This document shows positions 60,436 through 64,000 of a stretch of 64,000 bases of DNA, piece after piece (within the stretch, counting starts at the first letter, position 1; every line of letters begins with the position of its first letter). The position numbers and the translations under genes were made by a program. The DNA lies in the NCBI GenBank assembly GCA_037441845.1, contig JBBIRK010000005.1, positions 1-64,000 on the forward strand. The letters are read 5' to 3'. Under the pieces are notes generated by a model. That model saw nothing but the letters and a program-made list of their open reading frames with translations. It ran no database searches and was not told the origin of the DNA. This DNA comes from Candidatus Zixiibacteriota bacterium (GTDB lineage: Bacteria > Zixibacteria > MSB-5A5 > UBA10806 > 4484-95).

Positions 60436-62694
60436 TTAATCAACTTTCTGTTTGAGATATTCCTCATCGACCAGAACTTCGCGGGCTTTTGATCCATCGT
60501 ATGGGCCGACTATCCCCGCTTCCTCGAGCTGGTCGATCAATCTTGCCGCCCGCTGATAACCTATTCCCAAACGGCGTTGAAGGAGCGAAACCGACCCCTG
60601 CTTATGTCTTATCACGAGCGCGATCGCTTCTTTGAAAAGCGCATCCGAGGCCGGATCATACTGGTGCGCATCTTCGGCGCTTCCGGCAAAAGCCGCCATC
60701 GGTGGGGATTTGTATTCCTGATCCCCGAGGAATTTGCAAATACTCCGTATCTCGACAGTTGATATATACGCTCCATGGGCGCGAATGGGTTCCGCATGGG
60801 CGGGATTCATATAAAGCATATCCCCTTTTCCGAGAAGTTTCTCGGCGCCGTTGACATCGAGAATCGTGCGCGAATCGACTTTGGTGGCGACTTGAAAGGC
60901 GATCCGGGTCGAGAAATTCGCTTTGATCAGCCCGGTGATGACATCGACCGAAGGACGCTGAGTCGCCAGAATTAAATGAATGCCGACAGCCCTGGCCATC
61001 TGAGCCAACCTGGTGATGAGCGTTTCGATGCGGTTCGATCCGCTCATCATCAGATCGGCCAATTCATCCACTATCACCACCACGTAGGGCAACGGTTCGG
61101 AAGCGGCTTTATTGTAATCGGCGATATTGCGCACCGCAGCCTTCGCCAGTCGGCGATATCGATCCTCCATCTCGACCACCGCCTCGCCCAGGGTTTTTTC
61201 GGCGTATCTGACATCGGTGACGACCGGCTTGGCCAGATGCGGAAGATCATCATAGCTGGATAATTCGAGCATTTTGGGATCGATCATGATAAAGCGGATA
61301 TTCTCCGGCGGCAATTTATAAAGCAAGCTGGTTATTATCGCATTCAGGCAGACCGATTTACCGCTGCCGGTGGCTCCGGCGATCAGAAGGTGCGGCATGG
61401 CGGCGAGATCCACTATGAACGGCCTACCGGCGATATTCTTCCCGATCGCCAGCGGCAGGGTCATATTGGTATTCTGGAACTCATCGGAGGTTATTATTTC
61501 TTTCAAATAAACCGTTTGACCGGTTCGATTCGGGATTTCGACTCCGACCGCCGATTTGCCCGGAATCGGCGCCACTATCCTGATTCTTTTGGCTTTCATC
61601 GCCAGCGCCAGATCATCCGCCAGATTTACGATCTGCGATATTTTTATTCCCGGGGCGGGCTTGAATTCAAATCGAGTGATTATCGGCCCGGGATGCAGTT
61701 CTACATCGTCGTTGGCAAGCTCAACACCAAAAATCCGAAGAGTATCTTTAAGCGTGGAAACGGTCTCTTGAAGCTCGGCGCGGCTAATTGGCGGTTCCTC
61801 GGACGGTGGATCGCTCAATAGCTCGATACCGGGAAACCGATAACCGCCGACGGTGATCTCCGGAGTCTTGGCGATCGTCTTCTTCTTGCGTTTCGTGCTG
61901 CTTTCACCGGCAATCGACAATTCCTCCGCCGGCTCTTCAGTCGGCGGTGGATTGATTATATCCTGATTCGGCATGGGCAAGGGTTCGGGCTTTTTGATTC
62001 TGAGAATTTTTTTCCATAGCGATACCTTGGGCGAGTCTGCGTCGGCGTCAACCACAGCAATCTTCTCGCCGGCAAATCCACCTTTTGTTTTCCTGATCCT
62101 GACCGCTTTTAGTTTATCGAAAAAAGAAAGCAGTATTTCCCCGATTCGGCCGAACAGCGATGGCAAAACGAGGCTTAAGGAAATCAAGAGCAGCGAGAGA
62201 ACCAAAGTATATGAACCCAATGAACCTATAAGGCTTTTCAGAACCCTCGCGATATGATGACCAAGAGCGCCCGCCAACCCTGGTCGTTCCGGCATAAAAG
62301 CTCTTGCCGACGAAAACAGGGATATGAAAAGGCCGAATAAAAACAGAATGCCCGCCCCATAGGCGAATTTTTTCATGTATGGCAGAATTTCTTTATCGAG
62401 TGTTAGAAGTCCGCCGTAAAGCAGAAGGGCAAGAGGAAACAGTATGCTCAAATATCCGAAAGCGCCCAGTAAGGCGTAGGCGATCAGCACCCCGACTATG
62501 CCACCTTTATTCTGCAGCGGCGTGCTGAACAGCTTCCCGGGAGTTCCGCCTCCAAAAGCATCTCTAAGGATTTTCGTATCGTTCGCCGGGCTGTGAGTGA
62601 CAATGCTGATAAATATCAGGATAGCGCACAAACAAATCAGCATGCCGAGGATACGGCTGTTTCGATTAGAGTCTGAATGCCTGTTTCGAGCCAT
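60436..62694 (-). CDS. ftsK: DNA translocase FtsK
   Basis: N-terminal TM domain; PHLLIAGATGSGKS, DELADLM, ATQRPS; gamma domain SVSLLQRRLGIGYQRAAR. Confidence 0.97.
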   Translation of the reverse strand: MARNRHSDSNRNSRILGMLICLCAILIFISIVTHSPANDTKILRDAFGGGTPGKLFSTPLQNKGGIVGVLIAYALLGAFGYLSILFPLALLLYGGLLTLDKEILPYMKKFAYGAGILFLFGLFISLFSSARAFMPERPGLAGALGHHIARVLKSLIGSLGSYTLVLSLLLISLSLVLPSLFGRIGEILLSFFDKLKAVRIRKTKGGFAGEKIAVVDADADSPKVSLWKKILRIKKPEPLPMPNQDIINPPPTEEPAEELSIAGESSTKRKKKTIAKTPEITVGGYRFPGIELLSDPPSEEPPISRAELQETVSTLKDTLRIFGVELANDDVELHPGPIITRFEFKPAPGIKISQIVNLADDLALAMKAKRIRIVAPIPGKSAVGVEIPNRTGQTVYLKEIITSDEFQNTNMTLPLAIGKNIAGRPFIVDLAAMPHLLIAGATGSGKSVCLNAIITSLLYKLPPENIRFIMIDPKMLELSSYDDLPHLAKPVVTDVRYAEKTLGEAVVEMEDRYRRLAKAAVRNIADYNKAASEPLPYVVVIVDELADLMMSGSNRIETLITRLAQMARAVGIHLILATQRPSVDVITGLIKANFSTRIAFQVATKVDSRTILDVNGAEKLLGKGDMLYMNPAHAEPIRAHGAYISTVEIRSICKFLGDQEYKSPPMAAFAGSAEDAHQYDPASDALFKEAIALVIRHKQGSVSLLQRRLGIGYQRAARLIDQLEEAGIVGPYDGSKAREVLVDEEYLKQKVD

Positions 62695-62700
62695 ATTCAG

Positions 62701-62729
62701 ATTTTAGCAACCCAGGCAAGATGTGTCAA
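62701..62729 (-). promoter_or_regulatory. sigma70-type promoter, probably giving a leaderless ftsK mRNA
   Basis: TTGACA, 17 nt spacer, TAAAAT, 6 nt, ATG (62694); no Shine-Dalgarno. Confidence 0.75.
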
Positions 62730-62949
62730 CACCATTCGCTTTTCGAACCGCCGCCTTTCGACTAATGGAAGCGTCTCCAAAATTCATATCCAGGCGAAAT
62801 CAATGCGAACATCATAGGAATTTGGCAAAATTCGTACGCGAAATAACCTGCCAAGATAACCAAAAACATGAAGCTTCGCCGGAAAATCGACGATCACGCG
62901 ACGAATTCGAAATTGCGGAATGCCACACTCGATTGTAATAAATGCGGAA

Positions 62950-63858
62950 TCAATTCCCTCCGACCAGCTTGATCATGATCGCTTTCTGGGTATGCAGACG
63001 ATTCTCGGCTTCATCGAAAACCACCGACTGCGGCCCGTCGATCACCTCATCGGTGATTTCTTGGCCGCGGTTAGCGGGAAGACAATGCATAACTATCGCC
63101 GCCGGATCGGCGTTTCTGAGCATTTTCGAATTGACCTGGAAATCGGCCAACAGACGAGCCTTCTCCTCCTGCAAATGCTTTTGCCCCATCGACGCCCAGA
63201 CATCGGTATAAATCACGTCGGCTTTGTCCACGGCCTTCAAAGGATCATCGGTGATTGTTATTTTCGATTTGGCGGCCTGTTTCGCCCGATCGAGTATTTC
63301 GCTATCGGGCGGGGTATTTTTATTGGTGCCGATCCGCAGGTCGAGCGGCAAACGCGCGGCGGCCTCCAGCCAGCTATTGGCGACATTGTTGCCGTCGCCA
63401 AGATAGGCGATTTTTATCCCATCGATTTTGCCTTTGTGTTCGAGTATGGTTTGCAGATCTGCCATGATCTGACAAGGATGCGACAAGTCGGTCAAACCGT
63501 TGATCACCGGAACGGTCGCATAACGAGCCAGTTCCTCGACAGATTTATGTGAGAAGGTCCTGATCATTATCATGCCCAAATATCGCGAGAGTACGCGGGC
63601 GGCATCGGGAATCGATTCGCGCACTCCGAGTTCTATTTCTTTCTCGGTGATATAAAGCGAGTAGCCACCGAGCTCCCATATCCCGACCTCGAAAGAAATT
63701 CTGGTGCGCAGCGACGGCTTATGGAAAATACAGCCGACGGTTTTTCCCTCGAGCACGGTCGAACGATGTCTATTTTTCTTTATTTCTATCGCCAGTTGCA
63801 GAGTAGCGCGGATTTCCTGTTCCGAAAAATCCGTCACGGCCAAAAAATCACGTTTCAT
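62950..63858 (-). CDS. argF: Ornithine carbamoyltransferase
   Basis: PSLRTR, HPCQ, GDGNNV, DVWASMG, HCLP and AENRLH motifs; RBS GGAGG. Confidence 0.93.
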   Translation of the reverse strand: MKRDFLAVTDFSEQEIRATLQLAIEIKKNRHRSTVLEGKTVGCIFHKPSLRTRISFEVGIWELGGYSLYITEKEIELGVRESIPDAARVLSRYLGMIMIRTFSHKSVEELARYATVPVINGLTDLSHPCQIMADLQTILEHKGKIDGIKIAYLGDGNNVANSWLEAAARLPLDLRIGTNKNTPPDSEILDRAKQAAKSKITITDDPLKAVDKADVIYTDVWASMGQKHLQEEKARLLADFQVNSKMLRNADPAAIVMHCLPANRGQEITDEVIDGPQSVVFDEAENRLHTQKAIMIKLVGGN

Positions 63859-63903
63859 CTATTCCTCCGAAAAGACTCCGAATTTCGCTTTTTCATTTTA
63901 CGT

Positions 63904-63917
63904 AAAATATATATTCA
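63904..63917. promoter_or_regulatory. Possible ARG-box-like site upstream of argF
   Basis: AAAAT-ATAT-ATTCA versus the ArgR core TGAAT-wwww-ATTCA; overlaps the palindrome ATTTTACGTAAAAT (63895-63908). Confidence 0.3.
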
Positions 63918-64000
63918 AAGATGCGATAAATCAAGAAACAGAGGCGATTTATTCGTATCTTTGCTAATCGGAAATTCGTTATGCGCAAGATCCGAACGCC

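Noticed and set aside
62950..63858. N-acetyl- or succinyl-ornithine transcarbamylase because of SLRT
   Set aside because: The ornithine-binding DxxxSMG motif is intact, as in ordinary OTCase

Overview
Gene-dense chromosomal segment, mostly on the minus strand, from a diderm (Gram-negative) bacterium. T9SS-like C-terminal sorting domains, a PorV-like barrel, DUF6029/Omp28 and a TonB-dependent receptor cassette suggest the FCB superphylum (Zixibacteria-like); this taxonomy is inference. From left to right: (1) the 5' end of tuf, preceded by the classic Thr-Tyr-Gly-Thr tRNA cluster, here broken up by inserted genes (an AsnB-like protein, an NDT/TIR-like protein, a cytochrome c-fused CydA-like pair and a cysteine desulfurase). 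(2) An apparently leaderless operon with a four-gene DUF6754 membrane module, an M23 lipoprotein, an unannotated 40-aa zinc-ribbon protein, DUF72 and a PBP7-like peptidase. (3) purL. (4) A metalloprotease-TlpA-DUF6029-Omp28 operon. (5) A peptidase-PD40-Omp85 fusion, murA, lpxH and an ATPase-less sugar ABC cassette. (6) A ~19 kb co-oriented block in which a TonB receptor/PorV/lipoprotein cassette runs directly into eight genes that could break the peptidoglycan stem peptide down to L-amino acids. (7) An aminotransferase, a housekeeping superoperon (ftsK-lolA-rimO-slt-bamD-nadD-polA-coaE) and argF. No CRISPR array, integrase, transposase or rRNA was seen. The best candidates for undescribed systems are the putative peptidoglycan-utilisation locus, the DUF6754 membrane complex and the TlpA-DUF6029-Omp28 thiol relay. 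All protein calls come from motif recognition by eye; no database searches were run.
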